Of a DNA stretch of 64,000 nucleotides, positions 49,331-62,649 are shown piece by piece. The DNA comes from Mobula hypostoma (taxonomy: Eukaryota). The notes beneath the pieces were generated by a model. The model saw nothing but the letters and a program-made list of their open reading frames with translations, was not told where the DNA came from and did no database searches. How positions within the stretch are numbered: the first letter of the stretch is position 1; each line of letters begins with the position of its first letter. The position numbers and the translations under genes are program-made. The DNA lies in assembly GCF_963921235.1 (NCBI RefSeq), contig NC_086097.1, positions 34,412,001 to 34,476,000 of the forward strand. The letters run 5' to 3'.

Positions 49331-49594
49331 CACCTAATGGAAGACACATCTCACAAACCACAGGGACAAGCAAGATGAATAGTTCTACACCAAATAGTTC
49401 TATAGATTCTTTCAGTGGGCACAGTTCCAATCCAATAATGTAACATGGTACTGTAAGGTGTGGATCTTCCATTTTCTTCATTCATATCAATGGACATCAC
49501 TAGCATGGTCAACCTTAACTCAACATCTTGAGTGCTTTCCTATGCCATGAATGGCAGATCTGCCCTTCCAGATGTTTAGATACAACTGCTGCCA

Positions 49595-50730
49595 TTACCG
49601 ATAGGAGTCATGGAGTTATACAGTATGAAAACGGGCCATTTGACCAGCCTCATGCAGCCAGCCAGTGAGCACACATCCACCCCTTCCATCTTCCTGCACA
49701 GCCCATGGCCTTCTATGTCCAGGTGACTAAGTGCCCATCTGGACTCTACTTGAATGCTGTCAGCAATTCTGCTTCTAGCATTCACTCTGCCAGTTCTTGC
49801 CACCACTCTCTGGGTGTAAAGAGCTCTCTCAGGTACCTTCTAAAAGGTATCTCTTTCTCCTACCCTACAACTATGTCCTTTCATTTTATCTACATTTGAT
49901 TTGGGGGAGAGGTACTTGCAGTCCACTCTATCCATCTGATTCATAACTATGTATACCTCAATCATGTGCACTCTTATCTTCCTCCATTCCTGGGAAAGTG
50001 GGCTAGTTTCTCAAATTTCTCCATCACAAACAACATCCTGATGGCCTACACTGCACCCTTTCCAGTTTTACCACATCTTTCCTATAGTATAGTGACCAGA
50101 AATCCATGCAGTACTCAAACTGAATTCTGACCAATAGTTTATAAGGCTGGAGCATAACTTCCCTCCCAGATCTTGTATTCAGTACCTTGACTAATATACC
50201 TTGAAACCAATACCCCGTATACTTCCTAATCACATTATCTACCAGCATCACTTCAATCATCTGGCATCTCACTTATGGCCAGCAACGATTTAATAATATG
50301 ACGAGAATGGCTCGGACCCAAATGCTAGAGTCTCCGAGGCTGGGAGCGAGGCATGGTTTCAAACTGGATCGAGAAACTGAGCCCAAAACAAATGCTGGAC
50401 AAAATCACTGGTGGGCTTATGATTGAGCACTGACCCCATATTCAGGTGCTCTTTAAATACTCAACTCTTGGTGCCCAAAACATGATTAACAATTAATGGG
50501 AACGTCCTAAGCCCTTAAAGAGGCTGTGCCAGCTATCCGTACTCCGGAGAGTAACAGCGTCTAAACCTCGGAGGCTGGCATGGTTGGGAGTGTCTCCTAA
50601 CAAATAATCTCCATCAGAGCCTCAGAAATCTCTTCCCTTGCCTTCCATAACAGCCAGGGATAAATCTCATGAGGCCTTGAGGGTATATCCACCCTTCAAC
50701 TCACTAAGGCATCCATTACCTCTTCCCTAT
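49595..50730 (-). mobile_element. Degraded CR1 LINE fragment
   Basis: VMLQPYKLLVRIQFEYCMDFWSLYYRKDVVKLERVQ. Confidence 0.75.
50297..50602. mobile_element. Short solo LTR (~306 bp)
   Basis: TA(TG mutated)TGAC...CTAACA bounded by 5-bp TSD AATAA (50292-50296, 50603-50607), interrupting CR1. Confidence 0.65.
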
Positions 50731-51317
50731 TTACTGATATATTTTAAATCGCAGACATATGTAGCCGCCTACACATAAATTCCCCCATTACCATGGTGGG
50801 ACTTGAACCCTTCCCCCGAGGACAATAAAAGCCTTTTGATATTAATTCAGTACAAGTCTTTGAATCAACAACACTTAGACCCAAGTGCCTGTGACAGTAA
50901 TAATATATTTTATTGGCTGTAAAGTGCTTTGCAATGTTCTGCAAGGGTTATATAAACGGAAGCTTACTTTAAAAGTCACTTGTGCTGTAAGTTGAATCTG
51001 TCTGTGCTTCCCAGAATCAGGGGTGAGAGATGTCTGTGCACAGCATTTTGACGGAATAAATGAGGAGAATCTCCTTCATTGGCACCATAGCTCTGAACCA
51101 GAGGAAACTGATTTAAGATAATTGTCCAAAGAACCAAAAAAGGTGTATGCACTCAGCGAGTAGTTAAGATTTGAAATTTTCTGTGTGAACTTGTAATAGA
51201 AGCAGCTTCAATGGAAATTTTCAAAAGGACATTAGATAACTGAAAATGAAACACCTGCGGATTAAAAAATATAATAGATGAGACATTTCTATAAAATGTA
51301 TTTGATTATGAGCGTTA

Positions 51318-52615
51318 AGACAAGACGTAAGACATAGGAGTAAAATTAGGCCATTTGGCCCCTCAAGTCTTCCCCGTCATTCCATGATGGCTGACTCACT
51401 TTCCCTCTCAACTCCATTCTCCTGTCTTCTCCCCATAACGGTTGACAACCTTACTAATCATGAGACCATCAAACTCCACTTCAAATGTACCAAATGATTT
51501 GGCCTCCACAGCTGTCAGTGACAATCAATTCCACAGATTCACCACCCTCTGGCCAAAGAAATTCCTCCTTATCTCTGTTCTAAAAGAACATCCCCCCTAT
51601 CCTGAGCCTGCACCCCTGGTTTGACACTCTCAGAATATTGGAAGCATCCCCTGCACATGCACTTTATCGAGATCTTTCAATATTCATTGTTTCAATGAGA
51701 TACCTCCTCATACTTCTAATTCCAGTTTGTACAGGCCCAGAACCATCAAACACGCCCCATAAATTAACCCTTTCTTTCCCAGGATCATTCTCATCAAACT
51801 CCTCTAGATCCTCTCCAATTTCAGCACATCCTTACAGAGTCCAAAACTGCTCACCATACCCCAAACGTGGTCCAGCCAATGCCTCAGCATTTATATTCTC
51901 ATCCTCTGGAAATGAACAATAACATTGCACTTGGCTTCCTTACTACCAACTCAACATGCAATTTAACCTTTAGGGAATCCTGCACTAGGACTCCCTGGTC
52001 TTTTGCAACTCCGATTTCTGAATCTGGTTCCCATTTAGAAAGGCATCTATGCCTTTACTTGTTCTATCAAAGTGTACAACCTTACGTTTCCCTACACATC
52101 TGCCACATCTTTGCCCGTTCTCCAAATCTGTCCCTGCTCCTCAACACTACTTGCCCCTCCACCTATCTTTGTATCATCCATAAAATTGGCTACAAATCTA
52201 TTGATTCCATCATGCAAATTATTAACATATAATGTGAAAAGTAGCAAACCCAACATCAACCCTTGCGGAACAGCATTAGTCACTGGAAGCCAACGAGAAA
52301 AGGCCCTCTGTTCCCATTCTTCACCTCCTGCCAGTCAGCTAATCTTCTACCCATGCTAGCATCTTTCTTGTAATACCATGGGCTCTCACCTTGTTTAGCA
52401 ACATCATATGCTGCACCTTGTCAAAGGCCTTCTGAAAATCCAAGTAAACAACATCCACTAACTTTCCTTTGTCTATTCTAACTGTCATTTCATCAAAGAC
52501 TTACAACAGCTTTGTCAGGCAAGATGTCTTTTGCCTATTTTACCTGTGCCTTCGGGTATCCTGAAATATTATCCTTAATAATGAACTCCAACATCTTTTC
52601 AACCACTGAATTCAG
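51318..52615 (-). mobile_element. CR1 LINE RT to 3' end
   Basis: AVPQGLMLGLLLFTLYVNNL..ANFMDDTKIGG. Confidence 0.85.
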
Positions 52616-53129
52616 GTTTTTATATTATTGGCTAGCTTTCTTTCATATTTCATCGATAGTGCATGTGGATAATATGTAGTGATGCATTTTCCTTCATGCG
52701 TAGTGGTGCATTTGTAGGAAAAGGACAAAGAGATTCACCTTTGTTTGCTTCCCAAGTATTGCTTTGGACATCTGTCAGGTTACTTTGTCAATGATATGGC
52801 CACTACACACACCAACGAAGAAGCAATGATAAAGAATAAAATTACCTGAAGTAACAAAGGTATCATATATATCAAGTCACGGTATGCTCATGGTGATAGA
52901 GTGAGTTTAAATTATCACAATTCATCATTGCCTCGTCAATATGCAGAGTTGACAAATTGTAACTCAAGCACAGGAAATGCATGCTGGATACTTAATGTGG
53001 CAAGATGGCAGCTCAGGAACAACCCACATTTTTTGGTCCTCTTAACCAAGAAAGGATCCATTTGTTATGTAGGAAATGGAGTGAAGTGAAGTTTCATTAA
53101 AATAGTTCCAGGTTTGGAAGGTTTGGCAT

Positions 53130-53410
53130 TTGATGAGAAAATGAGTAGACCAGGCCCGAATTAGAAGAATGAGAGGTGATCTTGTGGAAACTTTTGGAAT
53201 TGTTGAAGGACAAGACAAGCTGGATGCAGGGAAGTTGCCACCATTGTTTGACGAGTATTGGAGAAGGAACACAATTTCAGAACAAAAGGTAGGCAAATTA
53301 AGACTGAGATGAGGAAAACATTCTTCACTTAGATGTTGGTTAAGTTTGACGATTGCCTATCCAAGAAGACTTGGCAAGCTCATTCATCACGTTCATACAA
53401 AACACATTCA
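53130..53410 (+). mobile_element. Old CR1 3' fragment
   Basis: RRMRGDLVETFGI..KTEMRKTFFT. Confidence 0.65.
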
Positions 53411-53569
53411 CTTCCGGAAGCCCATAAAGAAGTTATCCGATATTTTATTTAAATGTAGAAATGTGTCATGTTGATGCATTTCCAAACTGAAAAGGAATGA
53501 AGACATTTGGGAAGAGTGGTAGAAAATGTTGCTGAAAGACATCAGCCAGATCACAAAGAAAAGTGGAAT

Positions 53570-53695
53570 CACAAAAGACTGAAGCTGCTGGAAAATGGAG
53601 CAACACACAAGGCACCGGAGGAGCTCAAGGTGTCAGGCAGCGCAATTGGAGGGAAATGGATAGTTTTGGGTCGAGAACCTTCATTTGGCACTGTG
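53570..53695 (-). mobile_element. Penelope-like terminal-repeat remnant
   Basis: Reverse complement of the PLE tail, with a degenerate hammerhead (AATGAAGGTTCTCGACCCAAAAC). Confidence 0.6.
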
Positions 53696-53898
53696 TTGAT
53701 GAAAAGTGGAGCGGGATTGAGAGGTTGGTGTCTATTCCTGCTTCCATTTCCTACATCAGCACCCACTAAGTCTTAAGGATCAACAACAAACTGTAAAGCT
53801 ATAAACTTTGAATATGAATATGGACTCGAACTATGGACTTCTTTTACAGACTTATAATTTTTTACATTGTATTTTTCACCCAGTCTTTCATGTTATTG

Positions 53899-54311
53899 TG
53901 TGCGGGGGAGAGGGATTTGGGGATCACTGTGCCTATTCTGTTTTTCTCATTTTTTGTGCGGGGAGGAGGGATTTGGGGATCACTGTGCCTATTCTGTTTT
54001 TCTCATTTTTTGTGCGGGGAGGAGGGATTTGGGGATCACTGTGTCTGTTCTGTTTTTCTCATTTTTTGTGCGGGGAGGAGGGATTTGGGGATCACTGTGC
54101 CTGTTCTGTTTTTCTCATTTTTTGTGCGGGGAGGAGGGATTTGGGGATCACTGTGCCTGTTCTGTTTTTCTCATTTTTTGTGCGGGGAGGAGGGATTTAG
54201 GGATCATTGTGCCTGTTCTGTTTTTCTCATTTTTTGTGCGGGGAGGAGGGATTTGGGGATCACTGTGCCTGTTCTGTTTTTCTCATTTTTTGTGCGGGGA
54301 GGAGGGATTTG
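53899..54311 (+). repeat. 56-bp minisatellite, 7 units plus a partial, inside a Rex-like 3' UTR
   Basis: Unit TGTGCGGGGAGGAGGGATTTGGGGATCACTGTGCCTGTTCTGTTTTTCTCATTTTT at 53899, 53955, 54011, 54067, 54123, 54179, 54235, 54291. Confidence 0.97.
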
Positions 54312-55394
54312 AGCATTGATGATCATGCTGCCACTCTTTCCTTTCTTCTTTTTGTGGCTATCTGGAGAAGAATTATTTCAGAGTTGTATACTTTGGTAAT
54401 AAATGAACCTTTGAACATTTTTAAACTAGTTTCAGTATTTCATTTCTTTTAAAGTGGGAAAGCAATGTAAACAAACTGTGTAAAATTGTGACAAGTGATT
54501 AGGAACCAGAGGAGCGAAAGCATTACTGATCATATTTTACAAAATTGAATTGCATTAAGATGGTATGATGGCCTCCTCCATTGCAAGATCAGATACCTAC
54601 AAGATAATGAAGGTTTTCTTGTTAGAATGCTCTGATTAGACTGCAGCTTGTTTTCAAACATTAATATGTGGAGCCAGCAGAGAGATTGGAAAAAGCTCCT
54701 CTCTTGCTACTGACATGTTTCTATAAAAAGTAATGGGTTCCTGAGAGAGACTTTGAGGTGGTAATCTAATCACGATGTTCAAATAACACCATAAACCACA
54801 AGAGCAAAACCCTAATGGTTGTAACACTCATCCCACGATGAGATTGCAACCTTGGAGTTGTTTCGATTTCTATTACTCTTTAAAATATGTTGTTTCAATT
54901 TCAAGTAGGGAGTTTAGTGCACTTGTGGTCACTTTTTAATGCTGGCAGTTGCTTCTTGTCCTTGATGACTGAGTTTACTTTCTTTCATTGACTGAGGTGG
55001 CTTAGCAATAGAAGGACCTGAGCCAGTTATGCACTGTATTGTCCATCAAAGACCTGAATGACCCTTTTATTCTGGAAACAATCCTCACCAATGGTTTGTG
55101 CAGCTGCAGCTACGTGTCACAGAAGCTGGAAGGGAACCCAAAAGACTGGGAACAAATCAGAAATTTGAGCAAACGGTTTCTGTCCATCTTCTGTTGCTTT
55201 CCCCCTTTAAATTCGCCTTGCCTAACCACAATTTCTCTGTATGTTCTCCTTCTTCGGGTTCATCCTTCCCATTATGCCCTCTCCCTTCTGATTTCATCCT
55301 TCCCTTTTATCATGCAGAGCTAGCATTTCTGTGGGATATTCCCACATACTGAAATCTGTGGGTTTAGTCTGGATCCAACCCAAGATCGGGCTAG

Positions 55395-57247
55395 ATCCCT
55401 GGGGCTAGTGGTGTGCAACGCTGGTATCTTTGTTGTTCATGACTTACATTCAATGATTTGGACGAGAATTTACAAGGTATGGTTAGTAAGTTGTCAGATA
55501 TACTAAAAAGTTTGTATCATAGGCAGTGGAGAAAGTTATCAAAAAATCAGGGGGAATCTTCATCAGATGGGTAAGTGGGCTGAGGATTGGTAAATGGTGT
55601 TCCATTCAGATAAGCACAAGGTTTTGCATTTTGGAAAGTCAAGCCAAGATCGGACTTATATAATGAATGGTAGGTGCCTGGAGAGTGTTGTGGAACAGAG
55701 GAACTTTGGGAGGGGAGGAGAAGATGGTGGCACGACGCAGCACATGTGGCCACTCTGAATTGATATCGTATTTGTGAAGTAGGATGCTGTGCACGATCCT
55801 GATTTGATGGAGACAGCCGTAAGAAGCACAGAGGAACACCTGGAGAAACTTCTGAAATGCCCGCTTCGCTGCCGCTGCTACTGTGCGATCGAGAATCTCC
55901 AGAGGGGAAGGCCCCAAATCCTCAGCTTTGCCTATTGCCTGTTGCCGGGGCTGGGGTCGAAGTGCTCGGCAGAGATGGTGCTCGGTACTCAGTGTCGGAG
56001 AACTGATCGGAGGCTCGAAGTTTTCGGATGGACTCAGGAGTCAGCAGTGGTCGGGTGCTTCCAGGGTGCTGCATCGGCAAGTTTGCGGCGCTGGAAGCTC
56101 ATGGCAGGAAGAGTTTTCTTCCTTCAACCGTCTGGGTGAGATGACGGGACTTTCAAGAGACTTTGAGACTTTTTTTACCGTGCCCATGGTCTGTTCTTCT
56201 ATCAAATTATGGTATTGCTTTGCACTGTTGTGACTATATGTTATAATTATGTGGTTTTTATCAGTTTTTTTTTAGTCTTGGTTTGTCTTGTGTTTCTGTG
56301 ATATCATTCTGGAGGAACAAATTGTATCATTTCTTAATGCATGCATTACTAAATGACAATAAAAGAGGACTGTGTCTCCTCATAATCTAATCTAAAAAAG
56401 TAAATTATCAACATACTTATATGTCCCCATGTCCTGTGCTGAGATTCATTTTCTTGCAGGCTTTTCGTTACAACAAAGAAATACAACAGAATCAATGCAA
56501 AACTACACACAAAGCAATGTCTGGCAAGCAACCAATGAGCAAAAGAAGACAAACTATGCAGCATAAAATACCTAGTTCATTGATCACCATGTCACAGGTG
56601 GACAGTATGATGAAGAAGCTACTTGGCCCCCTTCAGTCAGCGCACCGAATGTAGGAGATGGGATGCTCTGCTGCAGCTGCTCAAACCATTGGCGAGGATG
56701 CACTTGGAGCATTGTGCTCAGATTTGGTCACCCTGTTACAGGAAAAAAGATTATTGAGCGAGAAAGAGTGCAAAGATGACTTACAAGAATATTGCCAGAG
56801 GAGGGTAATGGGCTGTCAGGGAAGGAAAGGTTCGATTGATTGAGGAGTAGGCTTGTATAGGTCAGCACAACATCATGGGCTGAAGGGCCCAGACTGGGCT
56901 GTACTGTTCTATGTTCTTGAGTTCCTGGCAGATGTTGGACAGGTTAGGTCTTTCTTCCTTGAAGCATTGAAGACTCAGGGGCGATCTTACAGAAGTACAT
57001 AAAATGATTAGGGGCAGAGATAGGATGAATGCACACAATCTTTTCCCAGGAAAAGAGAACCAAATACTAGAGAACATTAGTTTAACGCCAGAAAGGAAAG
57101 ATTAAGAAAAAAGACCAAAGTGTAAATTCTTCACATAGATGGTGACGTGCAGATAAAACGAGTTGCCAGAGAAAGTAATTGCGAAAGGTAGAATAACAAC
57201 ATATGAAAGCCATTTTGATAGATACATATATAGAGGGATATGGGGCA
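55395..57247 (+). mobile_element. Degraded CR1 LINE with nested inserts
   Basis: KVLHFGKSSQDRTYIMNGRCLESVVEQR before the insert; RLRGDLTEVHKMIRG after it. Confidence 0.75.
55710..56395 (+). mobile_element. Family X non-autonomous element, copy 2
   Basis: Colinear with 42072-42740; GGAGAAGATGGTGG head, (TAATC)n tail. Confidence 0.85.
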
Positions 57248-57757
57248 TGTTATGTTTAACTCCAAAACATAAAACAGCTTCTTCCCCTTTGCCATCCAAT
57301 TCCTAAATGGACATGAAATCTTGGACACTACCTCACTTTTTTTAATATACAGTATTTCTGTTTTCTGTACTTTAAAAAAATCTATTCAATATATGTATAC
57401 TGTAATTGATTTAATTGTTTATTTATTATTATTATTATTTTTTTCTCTTCTAGATTATGTATTGTATTGAACTTCTGCTGCTAAATTAACAAATTTCACG
57501 TCTCAAGCCGGTGATAATAAACGTGATTCTGATTCTGATTCTGAAATAAAAATTCTGAGCCAGAAATAGCTCATGTACGTTCTTTATTTTTACTTTAGCA
57601 AGGCACACGCATATGACGTAGTAGCATAATGATGTATGTCATTCACATACTTCTTGCATATAATATATAATGAATTAGGTAAGCAACAAGGAATGCCTAG
57701 CCAAACAATATATTTACAATAATTCTCAGATATTACTGAAATATTAAAGAGACAACA
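57248..57757 (-). mobile_element. 3' LTR of a Gypsy element (interrupted by a Rex 3' end)
   Basis: TGTT...AACA termini; adjacent polypurine tract AGAGAGGAG on the minus strand (57758-57766). Confidence 0.7.
57274..57544 (+). mobile_element. Rex1/Babar-type LINE 3' end
   Basis: NSFFPFAIQFLN, then UTR and (GATTCT)n tail. Confidence 0.8.
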
Positions 57758-57772
57758 CTCCTCTCTGCTTAG

Positions 57773-59368
57773 GAAAAAGTGCTAGGCAAACTGAAAGGTC
57801 TTAAGGTGGATAAGTCACCTAGACCACATGGACTATATCCCAGAGTCCTGAGAAAGGTTGCTGAAGGGATAGCAGATACATTGGTCATGATCTTTCAAGA
57901 ATCATTTGATTCTGGCATGGTCTCAGAGAACTGGAAGTTTGCAAATGTCACTCCGCTCTTAAAGAAGGGAGGAAGGCAAAAGAAAGGAAATTATAGGCCA
58001 GTTAATCTAACCTCAGTGGTTGGAAGAGTGTTACAGACTATTATTCAGGATGAAGTTTCGGGGTACTTGAAGACTAATGATAAAATAACTCAAAGTCAGC
58101 ATGGTTTCTGTAAAAGGAAATCTTGCCTGACAAATCTGTTAGAGTTCTTTGAGGAAGAAACAAGCAGGGTGGACAAAGGAAAAGAAAGGCAGTGGATGCC
58201 ATTTACTTGAATTTTCAGAAGTAATTTGATAAGGTGCCTCACATGAGGCTGCTTAACAAGATAAAATCCCATGGCATTATAGGAGAGATACTGGCATGGA
58301 CAGAGGAATGGCTGACAGGCAGAGGCAGCAAGTGGGAATAAAAGGGGTCTTTTCTGGTTGGCTGCCAGTGACTAGTGGTGTTCCTCAGGGGTCAGTGTTG
58401 GGACCCCTACTTTTCACATTGTTTGTCAATGGTTTAGATAATGGAACTGATGGCTTTGTGGCAAAGTTTGCAGATGACACAAAGATAGGTGGAGGGGTAG
58501 GTAATTCTGAGGAAGCAATGCAATTGCAGCAGGACTTAGACAAATTGGAAGAATGGGCAAAAAAGGTGGCAGATGGAATACAGTGTTGGGAAATGTATGA
58601 TAATGCTTTTTGATGAAAGGAACAATAGTGCAGACTATGATCTAAATGGGGAGAAGGTTCAAACATCAGAGGTACAGAGAGACTTTGGAGTCCTCGTGCC
58701 AGACTCCCAGAAGGTTAATTTACAGCTTGAGTCTGTGGTGAAGAAGGTAAAGGCAATGTTGGCATTTATTTCCAGGAGAGTAAATTTAAAAGCAAGCAGA
58801 TAATGCTGAACCTTTATAAGACCATACTTGGAATATCATTAACAGTTTTGGACCCCATATCTCAGAAAGGATATGTTGTCACTGGGGAGAGTCCAGAGGA
58901 GGTTCACAAGAATGATTCCAGGATTGAAGGGGTTAACATATGAGAAGAATTTGGCAGCTTTGGGCCTGTACTCAATGGGATTTAGAAAAATATGTGGGAT
59001 TTCAATGAAAACTACCAAATGTTGAAAGATTAGATAGGATGGATGTAGAGAGAATGTTTCCTGCGATGGGGGTATACAGAACTAAAGGGAACAACCTCAA
59101 AACTGAGGAGCGACCTTTGAGAACAGAGGTAAGGAGGATTGTTTTTAACCAATGAATCTGTGGAATGCTCTGCCACAGGCTACAGTAGAGGCCAAGTCCC
59201 TGGGTATATTTAAGGCAGAAATTGATTGTTTCCTGATCGGTCAAGAAGGCAAGATATGGTGAGAAAGCAGCTGCATGGGGTTGAGTGGGATCTGGGATCA
59301 GCCGTGAGGGAATGGCAGAGCAGACTCGATGGGCTGAATGGCCTAATTCTGCTCCTATGTCTTATGGT
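57773..59368 (+). mobile_element. CR1 LINE (RT to 3' end) inserted in the Gypsy 3' region
   Basis: NYRPVNLTSVVG, VTSGVPQGSVLGPLLF, KFADDTKIGG; CTTAG repeated at both junctions. Confidence 0.92.
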
Positions 59369-59414
59369 CTTAGCTGTAAACTCCAAATCAATATATAATG
59401 CATCTCAACTTATG

Positions 59415-59757
59415 TACGAGGGGTGATTGATAAGTTTGTGGCCTAAGGTAGAAGGAGATGAGTTATGCAGCTCTCTGCATGTGCAGTTCAACTCTTTGAG
59501 TGAAAATGAAGAAAGTTTGAAGTTAATAACTCATCTCCTTCTACCTTCAGCCACGAACTTATTAATCACCCCTGCTGTGGACCAGTTTCTGGAGGTCCAA
59601 GACGCCGACTTCTACAAAGAAGGGATCCATATGCTCCATGACTGCTGGACTAAGTGTGTAAATGTAGGAGGGGACTATGTTGAAAAATAAATATGCTGGG
59701 TTTTCTAAAACTGGCTCCTTCTACCTTAGCCCACGAACTTATCAATCACCCCATGTA
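59415..59757 (+). mobile_element. Mariner-derived MITE with a transposase C-terminal remnant
   Basis: TA at both ends; ~40-bp TIRs TACGAGGGGTGATTGATAAGTT..; DFYKEGIHMLHDCWTKCVNVGGDYVEK*. Confidence 0.92.
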
Positions 59758-60957
59758 CAGTACACACACAATATATACCGTATACATGCACATACAGTAT
59801 ACCATATAATAACTACAATATATTCATCCACAACATAGTAAATTATAAATTGTCTCGTTCAGACCTAAAGATTTGATCACTGTGGAGGACTTCTTACTGA
59901 TGTGGAATAACGCCTTTCCTGACAAGGGGGTGTCACTCTACTTGGCAGGTGAGATTGTGGCTGTGAAACAATCTCAGGTTCTGGGGCCTCCTCCATGGTG
60001 GTTGTAGGAGTTGACTCTGGGACTGCAGGAAGTGGTTCTGACAGCTCTGGACACCTTTCCTCTCCAACAATTGACCTGCTGTCCTCAACCGATCGAAGTG
60101 TCATCTCCAAATGATATCTGACACAATCTCCACAGTGTAGGAGAGTGGTCTCGTTCTGTCCTTAATCTTTCCAAGTACCCACTTTTGATCACCTCTGTAG
60201 TCACTCACCAGGACTGCTTGTCCAGGATTAAAACATCGAAACTCCTTGTTTGAGGAGCCCTCAATTTCCCTCAGCCGTTTTTCCTGTGTACTCCTTCTGA
60301 GGTTGGGCTTGAGCAGATCCAAGCGCAAGTGAAAAGGACGACCCAGAAACCGCATAGTTGGTGAGTTACTGGTTGTGGAGTTTGCTACATTGTGGTATGT
60401 AAGGAGGAAATTGGCAAGCTTCTGATTCAGTGTCCATGTAGTATGCTCTGCTGACATTGCTCGCAGTGTTCTTTAGACTCTGGACAAACCTTTCCACCAA
60501 GGTATCTGTAGCTGGGAGGTAGAGTGCAGATGTAATATGTCTTAGTCCATTCATTTTCAGGAAAATGACTGAAACTGCTGTGCAATAAACTGAGGACCCA
60601 TTCTCTCTGACCAAATGTTCTGGAACACCAGTCCTTAAGAAGAGGCTTCTCCACACATCAACAGTGCGAGGCTACTGGAAACAGTTCTGGCCACTCTGTA
60701 GCTGCACCCACTACTGCTAAGAAATTTGTGCCCATGAATGGTTTGGCAAATTCCACATGAATTCTCTGTCAGGGGAATACAGCCATTTCCAAGGATGGAC
60801 ATGTGCTATTTTTTGCATCTTCTGGACACATTGGCATTCCAAGCAGTGCATGGCAAGATACTTGATCTGCTGATCTATCCCAGATCACCAGAAACGAAGA
60901 TTAGAACCAACACTTTCATTTTGACCATGATTAGATGATCAGCATGTAGTTCCTTCA

Positions 60958-61698
60958 ATCCTCTCAATGTCACAAAAACAAAGGAGCTGGTTGTGGATTA
61001 CAGGAGGAATGGAGATGGGCTAACCCCTGTTGACATCAATGGGTCTGGGGTTGAGAGGGTCAACAGCTTCAGGTTCCCTGGCATCCACATCACCGAGGAC
61101 CTCACGTGGTCTGTACACACCAGCTGTGTGGTGAAAAAGGCACAACAGCGCCTCTTTCACCTCAGACGGTTGAGGAAGTTTGGTATGGGCCCCCAAATCC
61201 TAAAGACTTTCTACAGGGGAGCAGTTGAGAGCATCCTGACTGGCTGCATCACTGCCTGGTATGGGAACTGTACCTCCCTTAATCACAGGACTCTGCAGAG
61301 AGTGGTACAAACAGCCAGCACATCTGTAGTTGTGAACTTCCCATGATTCAGGCCAGTTACAAAGGCAGGTGTGTAAAAAGAGCCCGTAGGATCATTGGGG
61401 ACCCAAGTCATCCCAACCACAATCTATTCCAGCTGCTACCATCTGAGGAGTGGTACCGCAGCATAAAAGCCAGGACCAACAGGCTCCGGGACAGCTTCTT
61501 CCACCAGCCCATCAGACTGATTAACATGCTGATTTGAGTGTACTCTTTGTTACATTGACTGTTCTATTTATTATAAATTATTATAAATTACTATGATTGC
61601 ACATTGCACATTTAGATTAAGATGTAATGTGAAGATTTTTACTCCTCATGTATGTGAAGGACGTAAGAAATAAAGTAAATTCCATTCAATTCAATTCA
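60958..61698 (+). mobile_element. Young Rex1/Babar LINE 3' end inserted in the Gypsy pol
   Basis: KKAQQRLFHLRRLRKFG..ESILTGCITAWYGN; RTNRLRDSFFHQPIRLIN; (ATTCA)n tail. Confidence 0.9.
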
Positions 61699-62315
61699 GC
61701 ATTAGCTCTCAGCTTGGATTGTACAACTCTCAATTCCCACATAAGAAAACCACCATCTAGGGCAAGTTCATCCCGGCGCTGGTAAAAAAAATGAAGAACT
61801 GGAATTTCCGCTGCACATTCCAGCCATTTTGGGTTGCTATGTAGACCAGAGACAGCTTGGGGTCTTTTCTGGATTTTCCTTTAATGATCTCTGCCATAAT
61901 AGAGAGATTTTCAATTTGCATTAGGAAGAATATGTCAAGAGGAGTGTCCTCTTTTGAAGATGATTCAGTTATTTCCTTTTCCAAGAGTAAATGGGATAAT
62001 CTATCAGCATTTTCATGATTAGTCTTCCACTTGAATTCAATCTTGTTAACCGTGTCCTCCACAAAACAGAGCCCATCTCTGCACTTGTGCTGTTGCTGTT
62101 AGAGGAACACCCTGCTGCGGATTGAAAATAGGTACTAGTGGTTAATGATCAGTAAAATCTCCGACACCAGAAACGTTTTACACCCCAAACCAAACTCAAG
62201 GACTCTCTGTCAAACTGTGCATAACTTTTCTCAACAGTGGTAAGGAACCGTGATACAAAGGCCATAGGGCATTCACTTCCTTCACTCATAACATGTGATA
62301 TCACATCACCTGTAC

Positions 62316-62649
62316 CAGTGGTCCCCAACCTCCGGGCCGCGGACTGACACTGGGCTGCGAAGAATGCAGCGGTACACCGGTGGCCGGAATGCACCGCGCA
62401 TATCTTTAAGAAAAAAGCTGAAATAAACAAGCTAATTAATTAGGTGCCACCCGGCATGTAAATGTCAGCCCAGATCAGAGGTGACGCAATCAGCAATCGC
62501 CTCTGATCTGGGCTGACATTTACGTGCTGAGCGGCACCTATAATCAATTAGCTTGTTTATTTCGGCTTTTTTCTTAAAGATGTGCTGGGTGCGTTCCGGC
62601 TACTGCTGCACCGCTGCATTCTTCGCGGACCGGAGGTTGAGGACCACTA
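62316..62649. mobile_element. hAT/Charlie-type palindromic MITE
   Basis: CAGTGGTCCCCAACCTCCGG / CCGGAGGTTGAGGACCACTA termini; almost wholly self-complementary; imperfect 8-bp TSD ACCTGTAC/ACATATAC. Confidence 0.85.

Noticed and set aside
50791..50890. Apparent minus-strand exon with ag/gt boundaries
   Set aside because: Its 3' part GGGTTCAAGTCCCACCATGG is a SINE B-box remnant
52738..52802. Possible first coding exon MSKAILGKQTK on the minus strand
   Set aside because: Short, weak evidence, and the exon it would join turned out to be LINE-derived
53808..54452. Several overlapping repetitive ORFs
   Set aside because: By-products of a stop-free 56-bp minisatellite
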